A stretch of 64,000 nucleotides of DNA from Deltaproteobacteria bacterium. GTDB lineage: Bacteria > Desulfobacterota > GWC2-55-46 > DRQE01. Positions within the stretch are counted from its first letter, which is position 1; every line of letters starts with the position of its first letter. The notes under the pieces were generated by a model. It made no database searches. It saw only the letters and a program-made list of their open reading frames with translations, and was not told the DNA's origin. Location: contig JAOUFM010000002.1 in assembly GCA_029858205.1 (NCBI GenBank), positions 91,176 through 155,175 of the forward strand. Reading direction: 5' to 3'. Shown in pieces: positions 55,082-64,000 of this stretch. A program made the position numbers and the translations under genes.

Positions 55082-55383
55082 CAGTCCTTATCCTCCTCTA
55101 CCATCTTTATCGCCTTGACCTTGTCCGGGCACTCGACCGCGCATATGCCGCAGCCCTTGCAGTGCTCCATGTCAAAGCCCACCATCTTGCCGTTCTCGAC
55201 TATTATGGCCGAGTCCGGGCACATTACCCAGCATATCAGGCAACTCGTGCACTTATCCTTATCGAGAACCGGCTTTAGTTTTCTCCAGCCTCCGGTTTCG
55301 TAGTTATCTGCGCTTCCGGCCTCAAAAACTATTCCGGCGTGCGGGACCTTCTTTTTTCCTTCTTCGTTCTTTTTCGCTGCCAT
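55081..55383 (-). CDS. porD: 2-oxoacid:ferredoxin oxidoreductase delta subunit (2x[4Fe-4S] ferredoxin)
   Basis: Two CxxCxxCxxxCP motifs. Confidence 0.88.
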   Translation of the reverse strand: MAAKKNEEGKKKVPHAGIVFEAGSADNYETGGWRKLKPVLDKDKCTSCLICWVMCPDSAIIVENGKMVGFDMEHCKGCGICAVECPDKVKAIKMVEEDKD

Positions 55384-55392
55384 GGCGTTTGA

Positions 55393-56007
55393 TTACTCCC
55401 CCTTTACCTCGTCGTAGCCGCGTTTCATGGCAGCGACGTTGCCGTCTATTACCTTCTGGCTGTACTTCTTGCCGTAGTTTTCCTTGAAATTGTTGATTAG
55501 CGAATCTATGTTTATTATCCCGGTTGCCTTTGCAAGCGCGCCAAGCGCCGGGGTGTTTGGCATGTGGCGGCCTATGGTCTCCTCCGATATCTTGGAGGCA
55601 TCCACCGTAAAGACCTTTGCAAACCCCTTGTCGAGCTTCAGGGCCGTACGCATCTCGGAAGCGGACTTCGGAGTGTTAACAATGAACACGGCGTCCTTGT
55701 CGGTTCCGTCCGTTACAGAGCCCGAGCCCTCCATGCCGCCGGTAAGCTGCATGCCGATAAGTGTCGGGTCCACTATAAGAACGACGTTGGGGTTCTTTAC
55801 CTGGCACTGCACCCTTATCTCTTCTACCGATATCCTGTCAAAGGCCCTTACCGGAGCGCCCATTCTCTCCGGGCCGAATTCCGGAAATGCCTGCACGTAT
55901 TTGCCTTCCATAAGCGCGGCCTCGGCCAGAAGCTTCGCGGCAGTGACCACACCCTGCTGCGCTCTGCCGTGCCAGCGCAGTTCAATATTATCCTTTACGC
56001 TTGCCAT
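55393..56007 (-). CDS. porG: 2-oxoacid:ferredoxin oxidoreductase gamma subunit
   Basis: POR gamma family. The gene order gamma-delta-alpha-beta is typical of archaeal-type four-subunit POR/VOR. Confidence 0.85.
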   Translation of the reverse strand: MASVKDNIELRWHGRAQQGVVTAAKLLAEAALMEGKYVQAFPEFGPERMGAPVRAFDRISVEEIRVQCQVKNPNVVLIVDPTLIGMQLTGGMEGSGSVTDGTDKDAVFIVNTPKSASEMRTALKLDKGFAKVFTVDASKISEETIGRHMPNTPALGALAKATGIINIDSLINNFKENYGKKYSQKVIDGNVAAMKRGYDEVKGE

Positions 56008-56123
56008 GTCTTTTTGTGCGCCTTTCTTACGGTATTATTCCCCGGAAAGGGAAGACAGAAAGAATAACAGGTTTGATTAAAAGTGTCAATTACTCTGTTT
56101 CTTTTGTCAAACAATCCGGACAC

Positions 56124-56720
56124 TTACGCTTCCTTCCTGCCCTCCATGGCCCGCCCAAGAGTCGTCGGATCCATGTACTCGACAAACCCGCCTGCCGGGA
56201 TTCCGGATGCTATTCGCGTAAGCCTTACGCCAAAGTCCTTTAGCGCCCGCTTTATGTAGAGCGCCGTTGCCTCGCCTTCCGAGTCAAACCCGGTTGCGAG
56301 AATTATCTCGGTAACCTTACTCCTCGAAGCCCTCGCGATAAGCTCGTTTACCTTTATCTCTTCGGGGCCTATGCCCTTTAGCGGCGCAAGCAGGCCGTGC
56401 AGAACATGGTACGCGCCTTTATACGAGCCGCTGTTTTCGAGCGCAACGAGGTCTTTATAATCGCCTACAACGCAGATAATGCCTTTATCCCTTGATACAT
56501 CAGAACATATGGCGCAAGGATCTGACTCGGAAAAGGTCATGCACTCGGAACAAAGCCTTACGTTGTCCTTGACGCTAAGCACACTTTTCGAGAGCTCTTC
56601 GGCAACGTCGCGCCTCGAGTTAAGTATATAGAGCGCGAGCCTCGATGCCGTCTTCTCGCCTATGCCCGGAAGCCCGGAAAGGGCCTTCACAAGCCTTGCT
56701 ATGGGTTCGACGTACTTCAA
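56124..56720 (-). CDS. recR: recombination protein RecR
   Basis: HhH GLPGIGEKTA, C4 zinc finger and Toprim domain. Confidence 0.95.
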   Translation of the reverse strand: MKYVEPIARLVKALSGLPGIGEKTASRLALYILNSRRDVAEELSKSVLSVKDNVRLCSECMTFSESDPCAICSDVSRDKGIICVVGDYKDLVALENSGSYKGAYHVLHGLLAPLKGIGPEEIKVNELIARASRSKVTEIILATGFDSEGEATALYIKRALKDFGVRLTRIASGIPAGGFVEYMDPTTLGRAMEGRKEA

Positions 56721-56734
56721 AAATATCCGTCTCT

Positions 56735-57055
56735 CTAAAACATACCGGGGATATTCAAGCCAAGCCCCTTTGTTACCTTGCCCATCTCTTCCGAGGCCAT
56801 TTCCTGGGCCCGCTTATAGCCCTCGTTAACTGCGGCAATGATGAGGTCCTCTAACATCTCGACATCCTCGGGGTTAACAACGGTTTTATCCACCTTCAAA
56901 GACACGAGCCTTAAGTCCCCGCTCACCTTTGCCGTGACCATGCCGCCCCCTGACTGCGCCTCCACGGTCTTTTGGCCGAGCCCCTGCTGCACCTCGGCCA
57001 GCTTCTCCTGCATCTTTTGCGCCTGCTTCATCAAATTTCCGAGATTCTTAGACAT
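56735..57055 (-). CDS. ybaB: nucleoid-associated protein YbaB/EbfC
   Basis: The start is probably at the Met of MSKNLGNLMKQAQ (GGAGGG RBS). It slightly overlaps the dnaX stop. Confidence 0.9.
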   Translation of the reverse strand: MSKNLGNLMKQAQKMQEKLAEVQQGLGQKTVEAQSGGGMVTAKVSGDLRLVSLKVDKTVVNPEDVEMLEDLIIAAVNEGYKRAQEMASEEMGKVTKGLGLNIPGMF

Positions 57056-58745
57056 CGCCCCTCCTGCGTTCATCGATTATCCTGCCGCCAAAGGTCTTTA
57101 GCGCCGCCTTAACGAGCGCATCCTCGGGAGCAGGCTTTACTGCGGCGTCCTCGGCCGCGCCTGACTTTAAAACCTTGAAAGAGACCTTGCCGCCAAAATA
57201 AGAACGCGCGGTCTCGTTTAAAAGAGCATCCCTTACGATTATCATCCCATACCCGGCGCCGTCTACCGCGAACTCGACATCAATGCCGTTAAAACTCGAG
57301 CTTCCCTGCCTAAGCGCCTTTGCAAGACGCTCATCCTTTTTCTCTATAAGCTTTAAAAACCCGTCTACCGTTTTTTCTTCGTCGTAAGATTCTTTGCGAT
57401 CCTCACCGTCATTAGAGGCAGCCGCCGGGGATTCGGGCTTTGGCAAGGGAGCTTCCCCGGCTGCCGTAACCTTTTTCAAAGGCTCCGTCCTAGCGCCGCT
57501 ATCTTCGCTCACCGGCCTTGAAAAACTATTTTTTTTTACCTCGGCCTTTGCCGCCACATCCGCGCCAACACCTTTCACAGCGCCAACAGGCCCGCGCGGC
57601 GACGTAGAGCCCTTCTCCAATGCCTCAAACCTCGATATAAGCTCTGAAACAGGGCGAAGCCCCTCGACCGAACACGCGCCTATAAGCGACATCTCCAGAG
57701 AAAACCTCGGAGTAGAAGACCTGACAACGCCCTCGTACCCTTTCGAAATAACGGCAAAAAGAAGCTGCAGCCTCTCTTCGTCAGCCTCGGAGGCCATCTT
57801 CTTGAGCCTTTCCGCCTCAATCTCGGGCAAATCGAGGGAGGAAGAATCGCCAAGCACCTTTATTACCGTAAGGTCGCGAACAAGCTCTATCAAATCCGAC
57901 GCGGCCTTTTTTAAATCATACCCAAAGTCGTGTATCCGTTCAACTATTGTAAGGCACGTCTTAGCGTCCCTGGCGATTACTGCCGTGGCAAGGTCGCATA
58001 TGACTGAACGGTCCATCAGGCCAAGCGCCGATGAGACCTCGACGCTTCCTATCTTCGTTCCCGAAAACGCCACTACCTGCTCAAGTATGCTTTGCGAATC
58101 CCTCACACTTCCCTCGCCCTCCCTGATTATCATGTAGAGGGCCTCTTCGTCTATCTCGATATTTTCCTTCTTCGCTATAACGGAAAGATGCGCATGTATC
58201 TTCTTTAGCGGCACCCTCCTGAAATCGAACCTCTGGCACCTGGACTGTATGGTAAGCGGAATATCGTGGGGCTCGGTCGTTGCGAATATGAATACAACGT
58301 GGGGCGGCGGCTCTTCGAGGGTCTTTAAGAGCGCGTTAAAGGCCGAGTCCGAAAGCATGTGGACTTCGTCGATTATATATATCTTATACTTGCCGGCGGT
58401 CGGGGCGTACTTAACGCTCTCCCTTAACTCCCGTATGTTGTCAACGCCTGTGTTCGATGCGCCGTCTATCTCGAGAACGTCTACCGACGAAGAAGTGCTA
58501 ACGCCCTTGCACATCTCGCATGTGCCGCAAGGCTCAACAGTCGGCCCCTTTTCGCACTGAAGGCACTTTGCGAGAATCCTCGCAACAGTAGTCTTCCCCA
58601 CCCCCCTTGGCCCGGAGAAAATATAGGCGTGCCCGACCCTGCCGCTCTTTACGGCATTGGAAAGGGTCCTCACTACGTGCTCCTGCCCGACTACCTCGGA
58701 GAACGCCGAAGGACGCCACTTTCTGGATATGACCTGGTATGACAT
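57048..58745 (-). CDS. dnaX: DNA polymerase III subunit tau (gamma via recoding?)
   Basis: AAA+ motifs GPRGVGKTT and IIDEVHML, plus a C-terminal tau-specific region. Confidence 0.95.
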   Translation of the reverse strand: MSYQVISRKWRPSAFSEVVGQEHVVRTLSNAVKSGRVGHAYIFSGPRGVGKTTVARILAKCLQCEKGPTVEPCGTCEMCKGVSTSSSVDVLEIDGASNTGVDNIRELRESVKYAPTAGKYKIYIIDEVHMLSDSAFNALLKTLEEPPPHVVFIFATTEPHDIPLTIQSRCQRFDFRRVPLKKIHAHLSVIAKKENIEIDEEALYMIIREGEGSVRDSQSILEQVVAFSGTKIGSVEVSSALGLMDRSVICDLATAVIARDAKTCLTIVERIHDFGYDLKKAASDLIELVRDLTVIKVLGDSSSLDLPEIEAERLKKMASEADEERLQLLFAVISKGYEGVVRSSTPRFSLEMSLIGACSVEGLRPVSELISRFEALEKGSTSPRGPVGAVKGVGADVAAKAEVKKNSFSRPVSEDSGARTEPLKKVTAAGEAPLPKPESPAAASNDGEDRKESYDEEKTVDGFLKLIEKKDERLAKALRQGSSSFNGIDVEFAVDGAGYGMIIVRDALLNETARSYFGGKVSFKVLKSGAAEDAAVKPAPEDALVKAALKTFGGRIIDERRRGDV

Positions 58746-58796
58746 AAAGAAGAGAGCCTCTTATAAAAGGGTGAAAAGCTTTTAGTCCTTGCCCGC

Positions 58797-58912
58797 GCTG
58801 CCGGCAACCAGGCACCCCCGCGGCACATGATTGGGAATGCGTACCGTTGCTTCCTTCCGGACCTGGCGGGGTTGGCAAATAATCATTGCGCGGGACCCGG
58901 CTGCCGGCACCA
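58797..58912 (-). ncRNA. ffs: signal recognition particle RNA (small/4.5S type)
   Basis: The minus-strand transcript contains the conserved domain IV motif CCAGGUCCGGAAGGAAGCAACGG. The 5' UGCCGGCAGCCGGG pairs with the 3' CCUGGUUGCCGGCA over 14 bp. It lies directly upstream of dnaX, as in many bacteria. Confidence 0.8.
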
Positions 58913-59147
58913 CAGGCAAAAACCACCTCAATAAACCGATAACGACAGAGGATACTGGTGGAACTTTCTGTAGAAAGTTCCACCAGACCCCCTCAAAGAC
59001 TTTTGACTGCCTGGGTCTGTGCGGCCCCATGTGAGGCCGCACAGACCCAAGTAAAAAGTTTTTGGAGAGAGTTTGAGAGAACCTTTTTACAAAAAGGTTC
59101 TCTCAATATTCTCGGTTATTACCGGTCTATCGAGGCGTTTTAAAATC

Positions 59148-59238
59148 TGGCGGAGAGAGAGGGATTCGAACCCTCGGTACACGATGAATGTACACACGAT
59201 TTCCAGTCGTGCTCCTTCGACCACTCGGACATCTCTCC
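59148..59238 (-). tRNA. tRNA-Ser (anticodon GGA)
   Basis: Manual fold gives acceptor GGAGAGA, anticodon loop CUGGAAA, a long variable arm, T-loop GGUUCGAAUCC and an encoded CCA. Confidence 0.8.
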
Positions 59239-59309
59239 ATGCGTCTACGCCTTTAAAATACATATGGCCGCGGCCCTGACGTAGCCTGATGCGCCGCAGC
59301 CAATCTCTT

Positions 59310-59405
<96 letters not shown>

Positions 59406-59477
59406 TTATTGAAACGGCCTAAGCTTGCCGTTTGGCAGTCCTGGCCTTTGCCAAAAATTTCGCCGCAACCGCCCTTT

Positions 59478-60062
59478 TTACCTGGGCTGCGCCGTGGGTT
59501 TTGCCTTCGGCGCAACGAGTTCGACTTCGAACTTATCCGAGGCAAAAGTATTAAAGCCGCTGAACGCGTCCACGTTGAATATCCAGCCTTCGGCCTCTAC
59601 TTGGCCGCCTTTTACCAGCGAAATATGTACCGCCGTATTATTGGCGTCATTTGACTTGGTGCCTATATAATCGCTATAACTTGTCCAGTCAGGTGCAAAG
59701 GCATTGACCTTTAACGTATAGCCGCCGGAAAGGTTTGCCGAGCCGCCTATTTTCACCTTCAAAGTGGCCTTCTTCTTCGCAGTCTTGTCGGTCACGGCGA
59801 GCTCGACCTGCTTCCACTTGGCCGCTACTTCCGGGCCTATTTTCACAGGCTTTGCCGTCTTTATGCCGGAATGCGTCTGGGGTGCGCCTGCTGCTCCGGA
59901 GCCCGGGGCCGGATGGCCTTCTGGAAGCGCCTGTCCTGGGGCCGCTGTCTGGGCCGGGGGCTGCTGCGCTTCTTCCTTTTTCCCGCATGACGCGCTAAAT
60001 ACCGCCACGGCGAATATCGCCGCTACGAATACGAATATTTTCTTCAACTGCTTCAGCTTCAT
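59478..60062 (-). CDS. hypothetical lipoprotein with Ala/Pro/Gly-rich linker
   Basis: Lipobox VFSASC and a low-complexity PAQTAAPGQALPEGHPAPGSGAAGAP segment. No recognisable domain. Confidence 0.55.
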   Translation of the reverse strand: MKLKQLKKIFVFVAAIFAVAVFSASCGKKEEAQQPPAQTAAPGQALPEGHPAPGSGAAGAPQTHSGIKTAKPVKIGPEVAAKWKQVELAVTDKTAKKKATLKVKIGGSANLSGGYTLKVNAFAPDWTSYSDYIGTKSNDANNTAVHISLVKGGQVEAEGWIFNVDAFSGFNTFASDKFEVELVAPKAKPTAQPR

Positions 60063-60161
60063 TTTTATGTTCCCTCCTGTTTGTTAGCCGTTTTTTGACG
60101 CCTCACGGCATTTTTAAATATACCATTCTGTGCCGTTTTTTTCAAAGACAAACCCGCGGCG

Positions 60162-60875
60162 CTATTTGCCCTTCCTCATCTTAACGGCGCCGAGTATCAG
60201 ATTGGCTATTACGGAGACGAAATATATTTCGTCTTCCTTGAACTCCCTTAAAACCACGGTCTGGGCGTTAAGCACGCCAAAGGGCTCGCCCGATAGAAAT
60301 ATCGGATACGAGTACATGGTCTTTATCCTGTACTGCTCTTCCTTGGTCTCGGGAAAATACTTATACCTCGAATCTTTCGTAACGTCCGGGATAAGAAGTG
60401 GTTTACCTTCCTTAACCGCCGAGCCTGTTATGCCCTCGCCTATTTTCAACTTCGCCTTTCCTATGCCGTTTTGCGACAGTCCGTATGTGCCCCTCATCAC
60501 GAGCTGCTCGCCGTCCCAGAGGTATATCGAGCAGATGTCGACGCCGAGCCTCTTTGCTGTTTTTTCCGCAACGCCCCTTAGCACCTCGTCGAGATCATAA
60601 TCCGAGGACGCGAGCATGCTTATCTCTTCAAGAGAGATAATCTCCATGCGTTCTCTATCGGCCCTCTGGCTCTCGAAGTAAAACTCTCCGGAATGGTCGA
60701 ATTTGAGTCCATGCAGGCTCTGATCGGAGTAATGCGGGTTTATGGCCCTGCTCTTCGAAGGGGCCGGGCGGTATTCCGAGAAGCCGCACGAGCACAAGAA
60801 CTTGACCTTGTTGTCGTTTACGCGGCTTGATTTCATCTTATTGCCGCATTTTCTGCATCTTATGAGGGATTCCAT
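60162..60875 (-). CDS. GAF-domain protein with N-terminal 4-Cys zinc ribbon
   Basis: CRKCGN...CSCG ribbon followed by a GAF domain. The start is probably the Met of MESLIRCRKC rather than the track start. Confidence 0.6.
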   Translation of the reverse strand: MESLIRCRKCGNKMKSSRVNDNKVKFLCSCGFSEYRPAPSKSRAINPHYSDQSLHGLKFDHSGEFYFESQRADRERMEIISLEEISMLASSDYDLDEVLRGVAEKTAKRLGVDICSIYLWDGEQLVMRGTYGLSQNGIGKAKLKIGEGITGSAVKEGKPLLIPDVTKDSRYKYFPETKEEQYRIKTMYSYPIFLSGEPFGVLNAQTVVLREFKEDEIYFVSVIANLILGAVKMRKGK

Positions 60876-60942
60876 GGGCCTCACACAGCGCGGCAAAACC
60901 GCCGCGCGTTTTTATAATATGCAAGCGCACCGAATGCGCCGC

Positions 60943-61917
60943 TTACTCGTTCTTTATCGCGTTACTCTTCGTATCTTCGGCGCTGCCGCTATTTTTTGGC
61001 GCTGCCGTAGCGCCTGATGCCTCTGGCGCAGCCGGTGCGACCGCCGGCGGCGTCTGTGCTGCTGCAGGCGCGGCCACGGTCTTCTTCTTTACCTCTAGCT
61101 CTGTTCTTACGACATCGCCGCCAGATACCTTTACCTTTACAACACGGCCGGAAGCGCCGCTAAGTCCTATGCTCTTGCCATCAAGCATTAGTTCGAGGTT
61201 ACCGGCATTGCCTACTGTCAGCAGATAGGAGGCGGCCTGGTCAAGCGTCTTTCTCTCTCCGGAGCGAAGCGTCATTTCCCTTGGCTCCCTGCCATCGGCC
61301 TCCACCTTGACCCAGACATCTGCCTTTGCAACGAGTTCAAGAATATGAGCGCCTGCAACCGTCTTTTGTGCCACAACCTTGGTCTGCGGCTCGGCCTCTT
61401 TTACGGCCTTATCGGCCGCTTCTCCAATTGGCAGCGCCGCTACGGTATCGTCTTTTTTAGGTTCAAGCGCCGTTTTTGATTCGATTGCCTTATCGCCGGT
61501 AGAGAGCATCGCGTATGCCGCTATACCTATGAAGACCGCAAGTATGGAAATCGAAATAACCAGCGTCCTGTCAACTGCAAAACCCGTCCTGCCCTGCTTT
61601 TCCGGCTGCGGCAAAGCGCCGATCACCTTCTCCTGGCGCACCTCGGTCTCTTTTACGGCCTTTGCGTCCTCGCGCTCGCGGACATCCCTTAAATACACCT
61701 CGTAGCGAAGCACCGCATCGGCCTCATCGAGCCCCAGATGACGGCAATACGATTTTATAAAGCCCTTCACATACGTCGAGTGGGGGAGGTTTGCGTAATC
61801 ATCCTCCTCAAGGGCCTTTATCTTCTTTCTCGAAAGCTTTAGCGCGGCACAAACGTCGTCGAACGCCACGCCCCTTAACTCTCTCTCCCTTTTCAGGTAC
61901 TCGCCTGGTCTTTCCAT
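60943..61917 (-). CDS. rodZ: cytoskeleton protein RodZ-like (XRE HTH, TM segment, periplasmic DUF4115)
   Basis: N-terminal HTH, a single TM segment (LVISISILAVFIGIAAYAM) and a C-terminal Ala/Pro-rich tail. Confidence 0.75.
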   Translation of the reverse strand: MERPGEYLKRERELRGVAFDDVCAALKLSRKKIKALEEDDYANLPHSTYVKGFIKSYCRHLGLDEADAVLRYEVYLRDVREREDAKAVKETEVRQEKVIGALPQPEKQGRTGFAVDRTLVISISILAVFIGIAAYAMLSTGDKAIESKTALEPKKDDTVAALPIGEAADKAVKEAEPQTKVVAQKTVAGAHILELVAKADVWVKVEADGREPREMTLRSGERKTLDQAASYLLTVGNAGNLELMLDGKSIGLSGASGRVVKVKVSGGDVVRTELEVKKKTVAAPAAAQTPPAVAPAAPEASGATAAPKNSGSAEDTKSNAIKNE

Positions 61918-61936
61918 GTAACCAAAGCCTCTATCT

Positions 61937-62710
61937 CTACTTTATCATGCCAAGATAATCTTTTGCCGCCCTGGCCCTGTCGCCATCGGGTTCGAGTTCA
62001 ACGACCTTCTTGAATGCCGCTGCAGCCTCGGCCTTCTTCTTTAGCCTGAGATACACCTGCCCCATCCTGTAATGCGCGTCCACGAACCGTTCGTCGAACT
62101 TTACCGCCTTTTCATAGCTCTTTACAGCCTCGTCGTCCTTGCCGAGTTTCTCATACACCATGGCCGTGTTATAGTAAGGCAGAGCGTAGTCTTTCCTTAT
62201 CTCAATGGCCTTGCCAAGGTTTATAAGGGCTTTATCATAAGCCCCTTTGTTATAATACGCCCAACCCATATTGCTATACGCCAACTCCGGTGATGTATAA
62301 AAAACGTTCTTTGCCGCAATGTCATAATGATATATAGCCGTATCCCATTCCTTAAGCTCCATGTACACAGCACCGATGTTGACATGTGTCGTGGCGCTTT
62401 CTGGGTTTTTCTTTATAATCACGCTGAATTCCCTTATTGCCTCCGGATAAAGCTTCTTTGCCAGATAAGTAAGCCCTAGTATCTGCCTGCAGCCGTCGTT
62501 TTCGGGATTAACCTCGACCGCCCTTACGAACTCCGACAGTGCCTTGGCATACTCGCCCTTGGCAAAATAAAACTCTCCGGCCTTGCACCTTAGGCTGCTC
62601 TCCTCTCTGTCCTTTGACGAAATATACTTCGGCATACAGGACGTAAGCGCAAGGGCAATGACCACGAGCATGGAAAAACCGCGTAACTTCATAATGTTAT
62701 ACTGTATCAC
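61937..62710 (-). CDS. TPR-repeat lipoprotein (PilF/PilW-like)
   Basis: Lipobox LALTSC and five or six TPR repeats. It lies upstream of rodZ, as for pilF in several proteobacteria. Confidence 0.6.
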   Translation of the reverse strand: MIQYNIMKLRGFSMLVVIALALTSCMPKYISSKDREESSLRCKAGEFYFAKGEYAKALSEFVRAVEVNPENDGCRQILGLTYLAKKLYPEAIREFSVIIKKNPESATTHVNIGAVYMELKEWDTAIYHYDIAAKNVFYTSPELAYSNMGWAYYNKGAYDKALINLGKAIEIRKDYALPYYNTAMVYEKLGKDDEAVKSYEKAVKFDERFVDAHYRMGQVYLRLKKKAEAAAAFKKVVELEPDGDRARAAKDYLGMIK

Positions 62711-63618
62711 AATTCCTCGAAATGGGTCAATGCCTTAAAAGCGCCGTAGCGCTTATTTATCTCGTCCTCGGTAAGAGAGGCAAGACGCTTCAGGCTAAAT
62801 GCCTCGACATTAAAAGAGGCCATGGCGCTCCCGAACACTATCGCCCGGCGAAGCCCCTTCTCACTTAAATCCTTTGACTTTGCAAGATACCCGACGAGCC
62901 CTCCGGCAAAGCTGTCGCCAGCGCCGGTTGGGTCGAATATGTCTTCTAACGGGTATGCGGGGGCCGAGAATATGCCGTTACTACTAAACATCAACGCGCC
63001 GTACTCACCGCGCTTTACAATCAGGGTCTTTGGCCCAAGCGCAAGTATTGCCTTCGCGGCCTTCACGAGGTTTGGCGTCTTGGCAAGTTCCCTTGCCTCG
63101 GCCTCGTTTATAACAAGCATCTCGACCTTGGAGAGAAGGCGCCTTAGCTCATGGGGCTTGCCCTCTATCCAGAAGTTCATCGTATCGCAAGCTATGAGCC
63201 TGGGTTTCTTTACCTTGCTTAACACCTCTTCCTGGATTACCGGATCGATATTGCCAAGAAACAGGAACTCCGCGTCGCCGTACTCCTTGGGTATCTCGGG
63301 CTTGAAGGAACTAAATACGTTTAGCTGGGTATCGAGCGTGTGCGCGACGTTTAAGTCGTACTCGTATTTGCCCTTCCACCTGAAAGTCTTTCCGCCGGCA
63401 ACCTTCCTTATGCCGCGCGTATCAACGCCCCTGTCCTTAAAGACCTTCTCGTGCTCGGGCTTAAAATCGTCGCCAACTACCGCCACCACGCCGACCTTTG
63501 CGAAATAGCTTGCTGAAGCGGAAAAATACGTCACCGAGCCGCCAAGCACCTCGTTTGCCTTTCCAAACGGCGTCTCGACGGAATCGAACGCAACTGAACC
63601 TACGGCAATAATGTCCAT
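62707..63618 (-). CDS. PfkB-family carbohydrate/nucleoside kinase
   Basis: Ribokinase-like fold with N-terminal GxxxxD and a C-terminal DPTGAGDSF anion hole. Confidence 0.8.
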   Translation of the reverse strand: MDIIAVGSVAFDSVETPFGKANEVLGGSVTYFSASASYFAKVGVVAVVGDDFKPEHEKVFKDRGVDTRGIRKVAGGKTFRWKGKYEYDLNVAHTLDTQLNVFSSFKPEIPKEYGDAEFLFLGNIDPVIQEEVLSKVKKPRLIACDTMNFWIEGKPHELRRLLSKVEMLVINEAEARELAKTPNLVKAAKAILALGPKTLIVKRGEYGALMFSSNGIFSAPAYPLEDIFDPTGAGDSFAGGLVGYLAKSKDLSEKGLRRAIVFGSAMASFNVEAFSLKRLASLTEDEINKRYGAFKALTHFEEL

Positions 63619-63654
63619 TTCTACAATACCCCTCCTTTTACGAAATGCCGCTTT

Positions 63655-64000
63655 TTAGAGATACTTCCCGAGTATTATGTCGAGGTCTTTCTTCGTCTTC
63701 TCGGGTATGGCCTTTTTATCGGTAACGGTTGCGAACTTCATGGCAGAGGCGCACTTGCAGTTTCTCGGATGCGCAATGCCCTTTGCCGCATGCCCTATTA
63801 TGGCCTTTGCCGTTGAGACGTTTTTCCGTATGGTCTCGAGTATCATGTCAACGGTAACGCTCTCCTCTGTCTCGTGCCAGCAGTCGTAGTCGGTAGAGAG
63901 GGCAATCGTTGCGTAGCATATCTCTGCCTCTCTTGCGAGCTTTGCCTCAGGGATGTTGGTCATGCCGATTACGTCAACGCCCCACTTCCTGTAGGTCTTA
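63655..64000 (-). CDS. mtnP: S-methyl-5'-thioadenosine phosphorylase (C-terminal portion; N-terminus beyond window end)
   Basis: The reading frame continues upstream of the track Met as ...KTYRKWGVDVIGMTNIPEAKLAREAEI, which is the PNP/MTAP signature. Confidence 0.8.
   Translation of the reverse strand, partial: KTYRKWGVDVIGMTNIPEAKLAREAEICYATIALSTDYDCWHETEESVTVDMILETIRKNVSTAKAIIGHAAKGIAHPRNCKCASAMKFATVTDKKAIPEKTKKDLDIILGKYL

Noticed and set aside
58534-59042. 149-, 86- and 67-aa ORFs between dnaX and the tRNAs
   Set aside because: They overlap the SRP RNA gene. The translations have no features.

Overview
This is a gene-dense, roughly 58-60% GC bacterial chromosomal segment, with about 65 protein genes, most of them on the minus strand. 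The gene content is a deltaproteobacterium-like signature (Thermodesulfobacteriota/Myxococcota type, anaerobic): mglBA, two c7-type triheme cytochromes, a four-subunit 2-oxoacid:ferredoxin oxidoreductase (porGDAB), an ADP-forming acetyl-CoA synthetase, groESL, rpoD-dnaG, ffs-dnaX-ybaB-recR, and a pentose-phosphate cluster (tkt-pgi-gnd-glk-pgl). I found no transposase or integrase, CRISPR array, prophage or obvious defence island. This looks like core genome. Two tRNA-Ser genes and an SRP RNA gene are present. The items I consider most worth follow-up are: (1) a Nudix/wHTH (NrtR-like) regulator gene preceded by a consensus sigma70 promoter carrying two tandem 19-bp palindromes (TAGTGT-N7-ACACTA), which heads a three-gene cluster Nudix-SPFH-divergent NAD-kinase-like; (2) an A9 run in dnaX where a -1 shift reads a few Lys codons and then a stop, which is a candidate gamma-subunit recoding or transcriptional-slippage site; (3) an ECF sigma factor translationally coupled to an anti-sigma factor carrying a periplasmic VWA domain; (4) an orphan sensor kinase coupled to a small PstS-like binding protein and a porin. 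Coordinates of hand-derived features (RNAs, motifs, corrected starts) may be off by 1-2 nt. CDS coordinates follow the supplied ORF track.
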